Shown: in pieces, positions 20,972-30,071 of the stretch | Layout of the letters: each line of letters begins with the position of its first letter | Numbering within the stretch: position 1 is the first letter of the stretch | Assembly: GCA_049276515.1 (NCBI GenBank) | Contig: JBASWO010000111.1 | Location: forward strand, 1-53,136 | Source of the DNA: Alphaproteobacteria bacterium | GTDB lineage: Bacteria > Pseudomonadota > Alphaproteobacteria > UBA9219 | Length of the DNA: 53,136 nucleotides | Direction: 5' to 3' | Program-made: the position numbers and the translations under genes | The notes under the pieces: model-generated | Told to the model about the DNA's origin: nothing | The model's input: the letters and a program-made list of their open reading frames with translations, nothing else | Database searches by the model: none

Positions 20972-21787
20972 TTAGGAAATGCAGGCAAATTCCTGCTTAA
21001 TTCCGTTTGTTCTAAACCGTAAACGCAGCAAACGCCGTAACAACCGCAGCGGATTACGCTTGGTGGCATCTGTCCATAAAAAATGCTTGATGATGCTGTT
21101 GGATTGGCTGTGCGATTCCTGATGACCCGTTCTGTAAATAGTTCCGGCAAAGGGCAAGGGAACCAGTGGCGTTCCAGCGGCCTTAAGATCATCTTCCAAA
21201 AAAATATGGCTGCCCAGCGTACGCTTGATGTAAGCGTCCGTCGCATCTTCAAACCGAGCGGGTAATTTATAAAGATCAGACCGGACGATATGAGATGTGC
21301 CACAGAGGCGTGAGAAATCCCCATAGTGATAAAGCATATCACCACCACTCCACACATAACCGTCCCGGAAATACCATCCATAAGCCTGTGGGTTCGATGC
21401 AACAAAACCAGTCAGGTTACAGCTTATAAAGTCATCATCATCGACGACCATTAAGTGTCCCGCCTCGCCTGCAGCCAACATACCGGCAAGAATACGGCGG
21501 CCTTTATCAAGGCGCACAGCTTCATAAAAATCTTCGCGATTGTTTTGCCCTAACTCATGCATTTGATTGGGCGGAAAGTCGACGCGTTTAACAGTAAAAC
21601 CAGGCGGCATAGCAGGCAAATCAGCGCCGTTATTGGCAACGATAATAGCTTGCCAACCGCCTACTTTTTGTTGCGCAATCGAGGCTATTGTCTCGCCGAG
21701 ATTGCGCTTCAAATAGACCCAGTTTTTTGCATTATCCTGGTGTCTGACGGGTATGATAAAAGTTAGGATGTTTCTCATAAACGCCAT
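20972..21787 (-). CDS. GT-A fold glycosyltransferase-like protein (DDDD acidic motif)
   Basis: ILTFIIPVRH beta1 segment near the N-terminus and HLMVVDDDDFIS. Start reset to ATG 21787. GTG 21904 would leave only 26 nt to the divergent flippase gene and would add a non-GT-A-like 39-aa extension. Confidence 0.6.
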   Translation of the reverse strand: MAFMRNILTFIIPVRHQDNAKNWVYLKRNLGETIASIAQQKVGGWQAIIVANNGADLPAMPPGFTVKRVDFPPNQMHELGQNNREDFYEAVRLDKGRRILAGMLAAGEAGHLMVVDDDDFISCNLTGFVASNPQAYGWYFRDGYVWSGGDMLYHYGDFSRLCGTSHIVRSDLYKLPARFEDATDAYIKRTLGSHIFLEDDLKAAGTPLVPLPFAGTIYRTGHQESHSQSNSIIKHFLWTDATKRNPLRLLRRLLRLRFRTNGIKQEFACIS

Positions 21788-21930
21788 AGTTTCAAACGTT
21801 TGAACGCCATTTAAGCCAGGCAATCTAGCGCACCTACCCAGAAAATTCGCGGTTTTTCTGCCGAAAAGAATGTGTTTTTTAGCATAAAACGCTATAAATC
21901 GCACAAATTGACCATAGGCCTAATCCCAGA

Positions 21931-23433
21931 ATGACAGACTTTAACTTTGACCCACCGCATCAAGACATTAAAAGCCATGCAGCTTCCGGCTTTGCTTTTA
22001 CCGGCACCACTCAAGTCATAAGAATTCTGACACAGTTTTTTTCAGTTATTATTTTGGCACGACTTCTTGAACCGGCTGATTTCGGTATCATGGCTATGGC
22101 TGTACCGATTTATAGCTTTGCCCAAATGTTCAACAATCTCGGCATCAACCAATCTACTATTCAAACGCCGAAGGTAACATCCAAGCAACTCAATTCTTTT
22201 TTCTGGGTCAATGTTACTTTTGGTGTTCTGGTTTGCCTCGTGCTGGCTATAGCAAGTCCAGCTGTTGGTTGGTTTTATAAAGATTCTCGAACCACTCATC
22301 TAACAATTGCTTTAGCGGTTTTAGTTGCATTGGGTGGTTTTGGCAGCCTGCATGGCGCCATCATGGTACGAAAAATGCAATTTCGTTCTAATGCCATCTT
22401 AAACATTACATCTATGATCGTGGCCCTAATCGTTTCTATTATATGGGCGTATATATGGGGTGGGTATTGGGCGCTATATGCAGGACTTGCTGTAGGCAGC
22501 CTCATTTCTACTGTTGGCGTCTGGTATTATGTACGCTGGCGCCCTGGAAAACCTGCATGGGCACCTGAAACACCCGAAATGATGCGCTCTGGCCTACATG
22601 TCAGCGCCGCTCACTTTTTGAGTTTTCTAGCTGGTAGCTTAAACAATATTGTTATTGGTCGTGTCCTTGGTGAACACCCTTTAGGTCTTTACGATCGTGC
22701 ATCGAAACTTGTTGCGGCACCCTTACAACAAATGATCAATCCGATTAGCAGCACCGTGGGACCCATTTTGTACCGGCTGCACGATAATAATGAACGTTTC
22801 CGCAGCACCTTTTTGCGCACTGTTAATTCAATAACCCTTGCGATTATGCCTGGTGTTGTTTGGGTTATCGCTTTGCCTGATATTTTAATCGAAACATTGA
22901 TGGGCTCAAAATGGAGCGAGGCTACGCCTATTTTCGTTGCCCTTTCTTTTGCTGCTCTCCCCCAACTCATAAATTCATCAGTTTGGTGGTTATTCACGGC
23001 TCAAGGACGCACGCTTGATTATTTACGTTGGGGTATTTTTGATAGTGTTGTGACAATCCTTGCTCTTATAGTTGGCTTGCCCTTTGGGGTTGTTGGTGTT
23101 GCCCAAGCCTGGGCCATCTCTCAACTACTTCGTAGCCCATTGTACTGGTGGTACGGCTGCCGTGAAGGTGCCGTCAAACTTAAAGATGTTGTCAAAACCG
23201 TAACACCGCAAATCGTAGGCGGTATTATTGCCTACATTCTTATCAAGGAATTGCGCTACGCAAGTTCTTTAGGACCATGGTCCCTTTTGATTGGTGGATG
23301 TATATTGTCCTATACAATATCAATCGTTACAGTTGCATGTTTTCCAGATGGCCGAGGAGCCATAGCAAAAGATTATGATTTTATAAAATATATGATGCAG
23401 AAAATATTCAAACGCGCCTTACCTAAAAGATAA
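21931..23433 (+). CDS. Wzx-type polysaccharide flippase (MOP superfamily, ExoT-like)
   Basis: About 12-14 TM segments. N-terminal region IRILTQFFSVIILARLLEPADFG is typical of polysaccharide biosynthesis (Polysacc_synt) proteins. Confidence 0.85.
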   Translation: MTDFNFDPPHQDIKSHAASGFAFTGTTQVIRILTQFFSVIILARLLEPADFGIMAMAVPIYSFAQMFNNLGINQSTIQTPKVTSKQLNSFFWVNVTFGVLVCLVLAIASPAVGWFYKDSRTTHLTIALAVLVALGGFGSLHGAIMVRKMQFRSNAILNITSMIVALIVSIIWAYIWGGYWALYAGLAVGSLISTVGVWYYVRWRPGKPAWAPETPEMMRSGLHVSAAHFLSFLAGSLNNIVIGRVLGEHPLGLYDRASKLVAAPLQQMINPISSTVGPILYRLHDNNERFRSTFLRTVNSITLAIMPGVVWVIALPDILIETLMGSKWSEATPIFVALSFAALPQLINSSVWWLFTAQGRTLDYLRWGIFDSVVTILALIVGLPFGVVGVAQAWAISQLLRSPLYWWYGCREGAVKLKDVVKTVTPQIVGGIIAYILIKELRYASSLGPWSLLIGGCILSYTISIVTVACFPDGRGAIAKDYDFIKYMMQKIFKRALPKR

Positions 23434-23454
23434 CTGTTTGCAAAGGACCTCACC

Positions 23455-24456
23455 GTGACACAAGTGTCAGTCGTCATACCCTACTTTCAAAGGGAGCGCG
23501 GCATTCTTAAGAGAGCGCTTCAATCGATCATAGAGCAGGACTTGCCAGCCGATGTATTGATTAAGGTTGTTGTTGTTGATGATGAGTCACCATCACCAAT
23601 CGAGCCGGAAACAGAAGGATTAACCTTTCCACCATCAATTTCCTTAATCACCGTTAAACAAAAAAATGGTGGCGTGGGCGCTGCGCGAGATACAGGCCTC
23701 AAAAATATTGGCGATGAAACTGACTATGTAGCCTTTTTAGATTCTGACGATTATTGGAAGAAGTTGCACATCGCAACGGCGTTACAGGTTCTGGAACAGG
23801 GTTACGATTTCTATTTCACAGATCATAGCCGTGATGAGCATCATGCATCACATTTTGATTACATCGGCTTTCCCCCACCAACAGCAAAATCACATCTTCA
23901 AGAGATCGGGCGTCATCTTTTTGAGGTTGATAAGGACTATCTCTTTAGTTACTTTCTGCGCAAATTTACGGCACAAATATCGACCGTCATTTACAGGCGC
24001 TTAATAAATCCGGATGCTAAATTTGAGAGCGCCCTTAAATCATCGGGCGAAGACTTCTTGTTTCTACTTCAACTTATTTTGTGTTCAAAGAAACTCTGCT
24101 TTTCAACCAAACCCTGGGCAACATGCGGTAAAGGCATCAATATTTACTACAGCACCTTTGGCTGGAACGATGAGGGACATCTTCGCCGTCATATGGCCGA
24201 TATTTTGGCCGCCTATTATCTGATTTCAGCCCTTCAGCTAGCAGGATCCAATAAGCAACATATTCAGTCTGTCATAAAGAATGCACGGCAACGTTTTGCA
24301 TTCTTCAGCATACGTTGGTTCATAAAAGGAACTCGACCCTGGTCTCAAGAACTTAAAGGTCTTACGCGCAGAGACCCTGGTTTTTGGCTATGGTATCCTT
24401 TGACGTCAATATCAGTTACTGTCCTTTATCTACTAAAGCTCTACAAGCCAACCTGA
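23455..24456 (+). CDS. GT2 glycosyltransferase
   Basis: VSVVIPYFQRERGILKRALQSIIEQD, VVVDDESP and FLDSDDYW. GTG start with AAAGGA upstream. Confidence 0.8.
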   Translation: MTQVSVVIPYFQRERGILKRALQSIIEQDLPADVLIKVVVVDDESPSPIEPETEGLTFPPSISLITVKQKNGGVGAARDTGLKNIGDETDYVAFLDSDDYWKKLHIATALQVLEQGYDFYFTDHSRDEHHASHFDYIGFPPPTAKSHLQEIGRHLFEVDKDYLFSYFLRKFTAQISTVIYRRLINPDAKFESALKSSGEDFLFLLQLILCSKKLCFSTKPWATCGKGINIYYSTFGWNDEGHLRRHMADILAAYYLISALQLAGSNKQHIQSVIKNARQRFAFFSIRWFIKGTRPWSQELKGLTRRDPGFWLWYPLTSISVTVLYLLKLYKPT

Positions 24457-24463
24457 GAAGCTA

Positions 24464-26038
24464 ATGGCCACGACCGACAGAGAAAATCGTGTATTTTTAA
24501 TTGCGGGTATTCTACTGGCCTTGGCCGCCATTTTGTTTGCTCAGAAACAAGCTTTGTTAGATATCTGGGCGGCCTGGCAATCAGATGAGTATAGCCATGG
24601 CCTCCTCATTCCTTTTGTAGCTCTGCTTCTCGGCTGGCATAGGCTTATAGAAGCTAAACCTCCCCTACGCCCCTCCTGGCTAGGTTTTGTTTTTATAGCC
24701 ATGGGGGCCTTTTTACAGCTTGTGACCGAGCTCTCAGCTTTCGGCATGACAGCCCAATATGGATTAATCCTTGAGATTACGGGTCTCTGCCTCGCTTTTA
24801 TGGGGCGCAAAGCTACCTGGGTTGTGGCCCCCGCCCTTCTCTACCTTATCTTTGCCATTCCCTTACCGCATCTCGTACAAGCAACTTTGTCACAAAAACT
24901 ACAGCTGATCTCATCAAGCTGGGGTGTTTGGCCCCTCGATCTTATGGGCGTCTCAGTTTACCGCGAAGGCAATGTTATTGATCTCGGTGGCTATCAGCTT
25001 CAAGTCGTCGATGCTTGCAGTGGCCTTCGTTATCTTTTTCCCCTCATGAGCTTTGGCTATCTTATTGCCTTCCTCATGAAGGATAAAATTTGGAAGCGCT
25101 GGGTTATTTTCCTCTCAACGATCCCCATTACGATTGGCCTCAATGCTCTTCGCATCACCATTATCGGCCTTACCGTAAATAAATGGGGCATTGAGATGGC
25201 TGAAGGATTTATCCATGCCTTTGAAGGCTGGAGCGTCTTTATCGTATGCCTCTTTATTCTCATGCTAGAAATTATGCTGCTGCAACACATAGGATCGCGC
25301 GGCTCTTTCAATTTTGACTATATGAGTTTACCGCGCGGTACAGTCTTTGGTGCTACCATCAATCGCAAAACACCTGCGATTGCAGCCCTTCTTATGAGTA
25401 TGTTTTTGGCTGGATTATTTGGCACAGGCTATATTCGTCAATGGCCCGAAATTATACCATCCCATAAACCTCTCTCATCCTTTCCTTTGACGCTTGGCGA
25501 ATGGCAAGGACGGCAAGACAACATTACATCTGAAGTTTTACAGGTTCTCAAGCTAAGCGATTACTGGATTGCCAACTACCAAAAGGCCGAAGATAGTAAT
25601 CCAGTTAATCTTTATATCGCTTATTATGCCAGCCAGCGTGTTGGCGTCACAACGCATTCACCTTCCAACTGCATTCCAGGCGGCGGCTGGGAAATTGAGA
25701 AAAGCAGGGTTGAGGCTGTACCTTTAGCCAATGGCAAAAACTTAAAACTCACCCGCCTTATTGTGCGGCGCGGCAATGAAGGCCAGCTGGTCTATTATTG
25801 GTTTGATGAACGCGGCCGCGAGCTCACAGAGACCTATAGCGCTAAATGGTACTTATTGTGGGATTCTATGATTATGCACCGTACAGACGGTGCTCTCATC
25901 CGCCTGGTGACACCTATTAGTCGTGGGGAAGACGAAGCCACAGCTGAACGGCGCATGCATGATTTTATCGCTGTAGCCTACCCAGAAATAAAAGCCTTTA
26001 TTCCTGGACCTACGCTTAATCCGGTTGCCGTACCGTAA
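24464..26038 (+). CDS. xrtD: exosortase fused to a C-terminal EpsI-family domain; candidate VPLPA-CTERM-specific exosortase XrtD
   Basis: Exosortase catalytic signature: Cys185 in VVDACSGLRY (TGC at 25016-25018), Arg230 in NALRI, His251 in FIHAFEGW, plus multiple TM segments. The residue ~330-520 region is EpsI-like (FPLTLGEWQG, YIAYYASQRVGVTTHSPSNCIPGGGWE, YYWF). The subtype call rests on the adjacent VPLPA-type cargo tails. Confidence 0.85.
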   Translation: MATTDRENRVFLIAGILLALAAILFAQKQALLDIWAAWQSDEYSHGLLIPFVALLLGWHRLIEAKPPLRPSWLGFVFIAMGAFLQLVTELSAFGMTAQYGLILEITGLCLAFMGRKATWVVAPALLYLIFAIPLPHLVQATLSQKLQLISSSWGVWPLDLMGVSVYREGNVIDLGGYQLQVVDACSGLRYLFPLMSFGYLIAFLMKDKIWKRWVIFLSTIPITIGLNALRITIIGLTVNKWGIEMAEGFIHAFEGWSVFIVCLFILMLEIMLLQHIGSRGSFNFDYMSLPRGTVFGATINRKTPAIAALLMSMFLAGLFGTGYIRQWPEIIPSHKPLSSFPLTLGEWQGRQDNITSEVLQVLKLSDYWIANYQKAEDSNPVNLYIAYYASQRVGVTTHSPSNCIPGGGWEIEKSRVEAVPLANGKNLKLTRLIVRRGNEGQLVYYWFDERGRELTETYSAKWYLLWDSMIMHRTDGALIRLVTPISRGEDEATAERRMHDFIAVAYPEIKAFIPGPTLNPVAVP

Positions 26039-26083
26039 GCTTCTGGGTTAGCCTAACGCCTCCCTTTAGCGCTCTATCACTGT

Positions 26084-28483
26084 ATGGTCCCCATGACGCT
26101 GCGCCAGTTAAAATCAACCACCGCCTTACTCTGCATCCTTCTTACAATCACTGCTTGTAGCAGTCCTGAGGAAAAAGAAGCTCGCCACATTAAACGTGGC
26201 AATGAGCTCTTTGAAGATCAACAATATGCCAAAGCACGCGTTGAATATAAAAATGCGCTTAAGCTTAAGCCGCTAAATCCTGAACCTCTGTTTCGTATCG
26301 GCCTGGTCGATGAAGCCGAAGGCAACTTCCGGAATGCCTATATTATATTTACGCGCACCGAGCAGCAGGATGCGCATTTCCATCCCGCTCTCTTAAAACT
26401 AGCCGGCTATTACATTGCCGGTAGCCAAGAAAATGAGGCCAAGAAACGTATCGGCATGGTTCTCGCTGATGATCCCAATAATGCTGAAGCTCACGCCCTC
26501 AATGCTGCGATTTTACTACGCGCTAAAGATACAGATGGTGCTGAGAAAGAAGCTCGCTTTGCACTCTCAAAAGATCCAGCCAATGTGACGGCCTTTTCTG
26601 TCCTGGCGGGCATTTTTGTTCAAAAAGGTGATGACGCGAAAGCTATTGCCACAATCGAAGATGGCATTAGCCGCAACCCCAAAAATCTACCTCTCGCTGT
26701 ATTAAAAGCAGGGCTTTATCAGAAAGCAAACGATTGGCCAAAACTGGCTGATGCCTATGAAACAATCTTTAAATTAGCACCTACAGAAACGCGCTACCGG
26801 TTACGTCTAGCTGAGATTTACATCAAAGCCGGCAAGATTAATGAAGCTGAAGCCGTACTACGTGATGGCACCAAAAAACTGCCTGATGATTGGGAGTTAA
26901 AGCATCAATTGGTGCTGTTCCTCGCAACAACGCGTGGATTAGACGCTGCTGAAAAAGAAATCAAAGCCTATCAAACTGAGTATTCAGATCATAATGAAGT
27001 AACAGGCTGGCTTGCCGATCTTTACATCAGTCATAATAATTTTGATAAAGCTGTGGCGCTTTTGAATGATGTTGTATCGAAAAACAACTTTGATAAAGAA
27101 GGCCTCAATGCCCGCACGACTTTAGCCCGTATTTATTATGCTAAGGGAAACCGTGCTGAAGCTGAGAAATTAACGACTGAAGTCTTAAGCCATGATCAAA
27201 ATAACTTAGACGCGCTCTTTATTCGCGCCCGCATGACGTATGATCAAGGCCTCTATGAAAAAGCTATTTTGGATCTACGCAGTATTTTGCGCGACCGGCC
27301 TAAAACTAAGGAAGCCATCAAGCTTTTAAGCGAAGTGCATTATGTGCAAGGTCATAATGACCTGGCTATTGAAACACTCAATCAATATACCGATCTCGAC
27401 CCCTTGGATTATGCTGCCCAAGTCCGCTTAGCTCAGCTTTATCATACCAATGGCGATTCAAAGCACGCTATGAGCATACTCTTCCTTGCAACCAAGGCTG
27501 AGCCTAAATACCCACCTGTTTGGGAAACAACCGCACGTATCGCGATTGATACGAAAGATTGGGAAACAGCCGCAAAAGCCATCGACAATCTTGATGCCCT
27601 TGAAGGCCAGCATATGGTTGCCCTCTTCCTCCGCGGCCAACTCGCTGATCATAATGGCAAAACAGATGAAGCCATTACAAATTACACGCAAGTTATAACG
27701 GATAATGCGTCATCCCAGCTTGGCCAGCGCGCCCTGCTTGCTCTTATTGATGCCTATAAGCGCCAGAACCGCCTAGATACAGCCGTGCAGTATCTTGAAG
27801 GATTAAAAGAAAAATCTGCCTTTGTGCATAATGTTTTGGGTGACGTTTATCTGCTCGTGAATAAGCAAGATTTGGCTGCTGCATCTTATGATGCCGCTAT
27901 CGCCGCCAGCCCCGAACGTCCCGAGGCCTTCTTGCAGCGCGCTAAAATTTACGTAGCTGATAAGAAATATGATCCGGCTCTCGACCTTCTTAAAAAAGCA
28001 GCCACATTAGCGCCAGGTGATTTACGCGCTCCCGTCATGCAAGGCGAAATCTATACGCGCGTTGGCCGTTATGATGACGCGCTTTCTACGTATGATGCCA
28101 TCCTCAAGCAAAATCCTGAATTAACGCCAGTGGCTAATAACTATGCCGCCATCGTTGCGGATTATAAATATACGGATAAGGAACTGCTGGAGAAGGCACG
28201 CCTGATCGCAGAGCGCTTTATAGCTACGCAGAACGCCATTTTGATGGATACACTTGCTTGGGTCTATTATCGTCAAGATAACATCCCTCAAGCCCTAACA
28301 ATGATTGAAAGAGCCATAGGGCTTGATGCGAAAGCACCCCCACAGCTGCGCTATCATTATGGAGCGATCCTCGCCAAAGCCGGCAAAGACGCTGAAGCTA
28401 AAACACAGCTCCAGCAAGCAACGGTGGCTGGAGCTGACTATCCTGGTCTTGATGAGGCCAGGAAGTTACTCGCTGGCCTCTAA
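26084..28483 (+). CDS. PEP-CTERM-system TPR-repeat lipoprotein (PrsT-like)
   Basis: Lipobox LLTITAC-SS, followed by about 750 aa of consecutive TPR repeats. Located immediately downstream of the exosortase gene. Confidence 0.8.
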   Translation: MVPMTLRQLKSTTALLCILLTITACSSPEEKEARHIKRGNELFEDQQYAKARVEYKNALKLKPLNPEPLFRIGLVDEAEGNFRNAYIIFTRTEQQDAHFHPALLKLAGYYIAGSQENEAKKRIGMVLADDPNNAEAHALNAAILLRAKDTDGAEKEARFALSKDPANVTAFSVLAGIFVQKGDDAKAIATIEDGISRNPKNLPLAVLKAGLYQKANDWPKLADAYETIFKLAPTETRYRLRLAEIYIKAGKINEAEAVLRDGTKKLPDDWELKHQLVLFLATTRGLDAAEKEIKAYQTEYSDHNEVTGWLADLYISHNNFDKAVALLNDVVSKNNFDKEGLNARTTLARIYYAKGNRAEAEKLTTEVLSHDQNNLDALFIRARMTYDQGLYEKAILDLRSILRDRPKTKEAIKLLSEVHYVQGHNDLAIETLNQYTDLDPLDYAAQVRLAQLYHTNGDSKHAMSILFLATKAEPKYPPVWETTARIAIDTKDWETAAKAIDNLDALEGQHMVALFLRGQLADHNGKTDEAITNYTQVITDNASSQLGQRALLALIDAYKRQNRLDTAVQYLEGLKEKSAFVHNVLGDVYLLVNKQDLAAASYDAAIAASPERPEAFLQRAKIYVADKKYDPALDLLKKAATLAPGDLRAPVMQGEIYTRVGRYDDALSTYDAILKQNPELTPVANNYAAIVADYKYTDKELLEKARLIAERFIATQNAILMDTLAWVYYRQDNIPQALTMIERAIGLDAKAPPQLRYHYGAILAKAGKDAEAKTQLQQATVAGADYPGLDEARKLLAGL

Positions 28484-28494
28484 GCTTAAACGGT

Positions 28495-29142
28495 TTAGGC
28501 TTTACCTTGGCTGCGGCGAAGTGCTGCCAAGCCTAGCAATCCCATTCCAAAGAGGGGCAAAGCAGCTGGCAAAGGCATATGCGCTGCAAAGTTGCCGACT
28601 TCAAATGAGTTCTCTGTGCTAAGGAAAGCGGCCGTAATAATTGTACCCATTTTGGTGGTGAAGTTGACATCAGATTGCGTAGTACCAGCAATAGACCCTG
28701 AAATCAGAGCCAAGATGTCGGAGCCTGTCACACTGTAAGTTACGCCCCGCGAATCCGTCAGCAGCAGCGTGTTGTAATGATCGATCGTGCCCCAGGTAAA
28801 GCCAAAATTATCGTAATTGTTGGATAGGCTAGATAAAGAGAAAACGGCAGAACCAACTGTCGGCACACCTTTAACAGCCAGGTAATTGTCGCCGTAGAGG
28901 GAGCCGCTTGGCTTTATGTAATGGCTAATAACAGTAACAGGTGGATCAATAATAAAAGCATTGGTTCTGACTAAAGCCGAACCAAGCATTGAAATATCAA
29001 TGTTCGGGGAGATAGCTACGCCAGTAATGCTGTAATTGACGTCAAGCGCTGTGGCGCCAAGATCAATTTGAATTGTAGCTGCTTTTGCAGATGTTGCTGA
29101 GCCAATCAATAGAAGTGCCGCAACCAATAGGGTCTGTTTCAT
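28495..29142 (-). CDS. exosortase-dependent secreted protein with VPLPA-type C-terminal sorting domain (paralog 1)
   Basis: Signal peptide MKQTLLVAALLLIGSATSAKA. Conserved core FGFTWGTIDHYNTLLLTDSRGVTY. Tail MPLPAALPLFGMGLLGLAALRRSQGKA (motif, TM, basic cluster). Confidence 0.88.
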   Translation of the reverse strand: MKQTLLVAALLLIGSATSAKAATIQIDLGATALDVNYSITGVAISPNIDISMLGSALVRTNAFIIDPPVTVISHYIKPSGSLYGDNYLAVKGVPTVGSAVFSLSSLSNNYDNFGFTWGTIDHYNTLLLTDSRGVTYSVTGSDILALISGSIAGTTQSDVNFTTKMGTIITAAFLSTENSFEVGNFAAHMPLPAALPLFGMGLLGLAALRRSQGKA

Positions 29143-29276
29143 AAGTGTCTCCGGGTGATGTCGCTGTGTGCAACACCTCTTAAGGAGATACGTATAATTT
29201 TCAAATATGCCTCACACCAATCCACTGTATTTTTTGTATATGGTGAGAACAATTGATATGGATCACAGATTTTAGG

Positions 29277-29308
29277 CAAAAAAAATCGCGGGCCTTTTGG
29301 GCCCGCGA
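29277..29308 (-). terminator. rho-independent terminator downstream of cargo paralog 2
   Basis: Perfect 10-bp GC-rich stem ATCGCGGGCC/GGCCCGCGAT (29285-29294 / 29299-29308) with a TTTT loop. It is followed on the minus strand by a 7-8 nt U-tract (plus-strand A-run 29278-29285) and lies 23 nt after the stop at 29331. Confidence 0.8.
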
Positions 29309-29330
29309 TTTAAACTTGGAAAACTAGATA

Positions 29331-29972
29331 TTAAGCTTTAGCAGCTTGACGGCGACGAAGCGCTGCCAAACCCAGCAAGCCCATGCCGAACAATGGCAAA
29401 GCAGCTGGCAATGGAACTGCTGAACCTACCAATTGTGAGAAATTGGCAGCTTCAAATGAGTTCTGTGTGCTGATCAACTGAGCCGAAATGATACGGGCCA
29501 GAGGAGACAAGAAGTTGATGTCTGTTTGTGTTGTACCGTTGATTGAACCAACGATGTTGCTGAGAACTTCAGCACCAGTGATGGTGTAAACAACGCCGCG
29601 TGAATCGGTCAAAAGCAAAGCGTTGTATGTATCAATCGTACCCCAGGTGAAACCAAAGCTGCTTTGGTTTGGAGCCAAAGTGAAGATTGTGTTGCCACCG
29701 CCAAATACGGACAGATAGTTATTTTGATAAATTGGACCCGTTGGCTGAGCATATTGGCCTGCCAATGAAGATGCTGGGTTAACGATGACTGAGTTCGTCA
29801 AAACCAGACCGCCGTAGGTCGAAAGATCGATATTTGGAGTAGGGATTGAACCACCTACGCCATATGTCTTGTCAACGCTTGTGTTGCCAAGGATGACTTC
29901 GATAGTTGCAGCCTGAGCTGAACCAGCGAATGCCAAAAGCAGCAAAGCTGCGAGAGAAAGAAATTTCTTCAT
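29331..29972 (-). CDS. exosortase-dependent secreted protein with VPLPA-CTERM sorting domain (paralog 2)
   Basis: Start reset to ATG 29972 (GGAGG 6 nt upstream), giving signal peptide MKKFLSLAALLLLAFAGSAQA. Core FGFTWGTIDTYNALLLTDSRGVVY. Tail VPLPAALPLFGMGLLGLAALRRRQAAKA. Confidence 0.9.
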   Translation of the reverse strand: MKKFLSLAALLLLAFAGSAQAATIEVILGNTSVDKTYGVGGSIPTPNIDLSTYGGLVLTNSVIVNPASSLAGQYAQPTGPIYQNNYLSVFGGGNTIFTLAPNQSSFGFTWGTIDTYNALLLTDSRGVVYTITGAEVLSNIVGSINGTTQTDINFLSPLARIISAQLISTQNSFEAANFSQLVGSAVPLPAALPLFGMGLLGLAALRRRQAAKA

Positions 29973-30071
29973 AAGAACCTCCAAGTTTTCGGCGCAATAG
30001 CCGGGTGCAATGTATGCACTCTGAACACTGCAATGACAAGCCTTGCATGCAGGATTCACACGAGTTTTTTA

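Noticed and set aside
20968-21405. 145-aa minus-strand ORF overlapping the GT-A gene in another frame, and similar nested ORFs elsewhere (for example 19328-19660, 14265-14558, 11084-11533)
   Set aside because: They are fully nested within longer ORFs that have recognisable family motifs. They have no SD and skewed Arg/Cys/Ser composition, typical of off-frame translation.
29990-30060. Possible sigma-54 promoter (AGGCTTGTCATTGCA on the minus strand) upstream of cargo paralog 2
   Set aside because: The GG-to-GC spacing is one nucleotide shorter than the consensus TGGCAC-N5-TTGC, and the -24 element is poor. It also overlaps the track's over-extended ORF. This is not convincing without experimental 5' ends.
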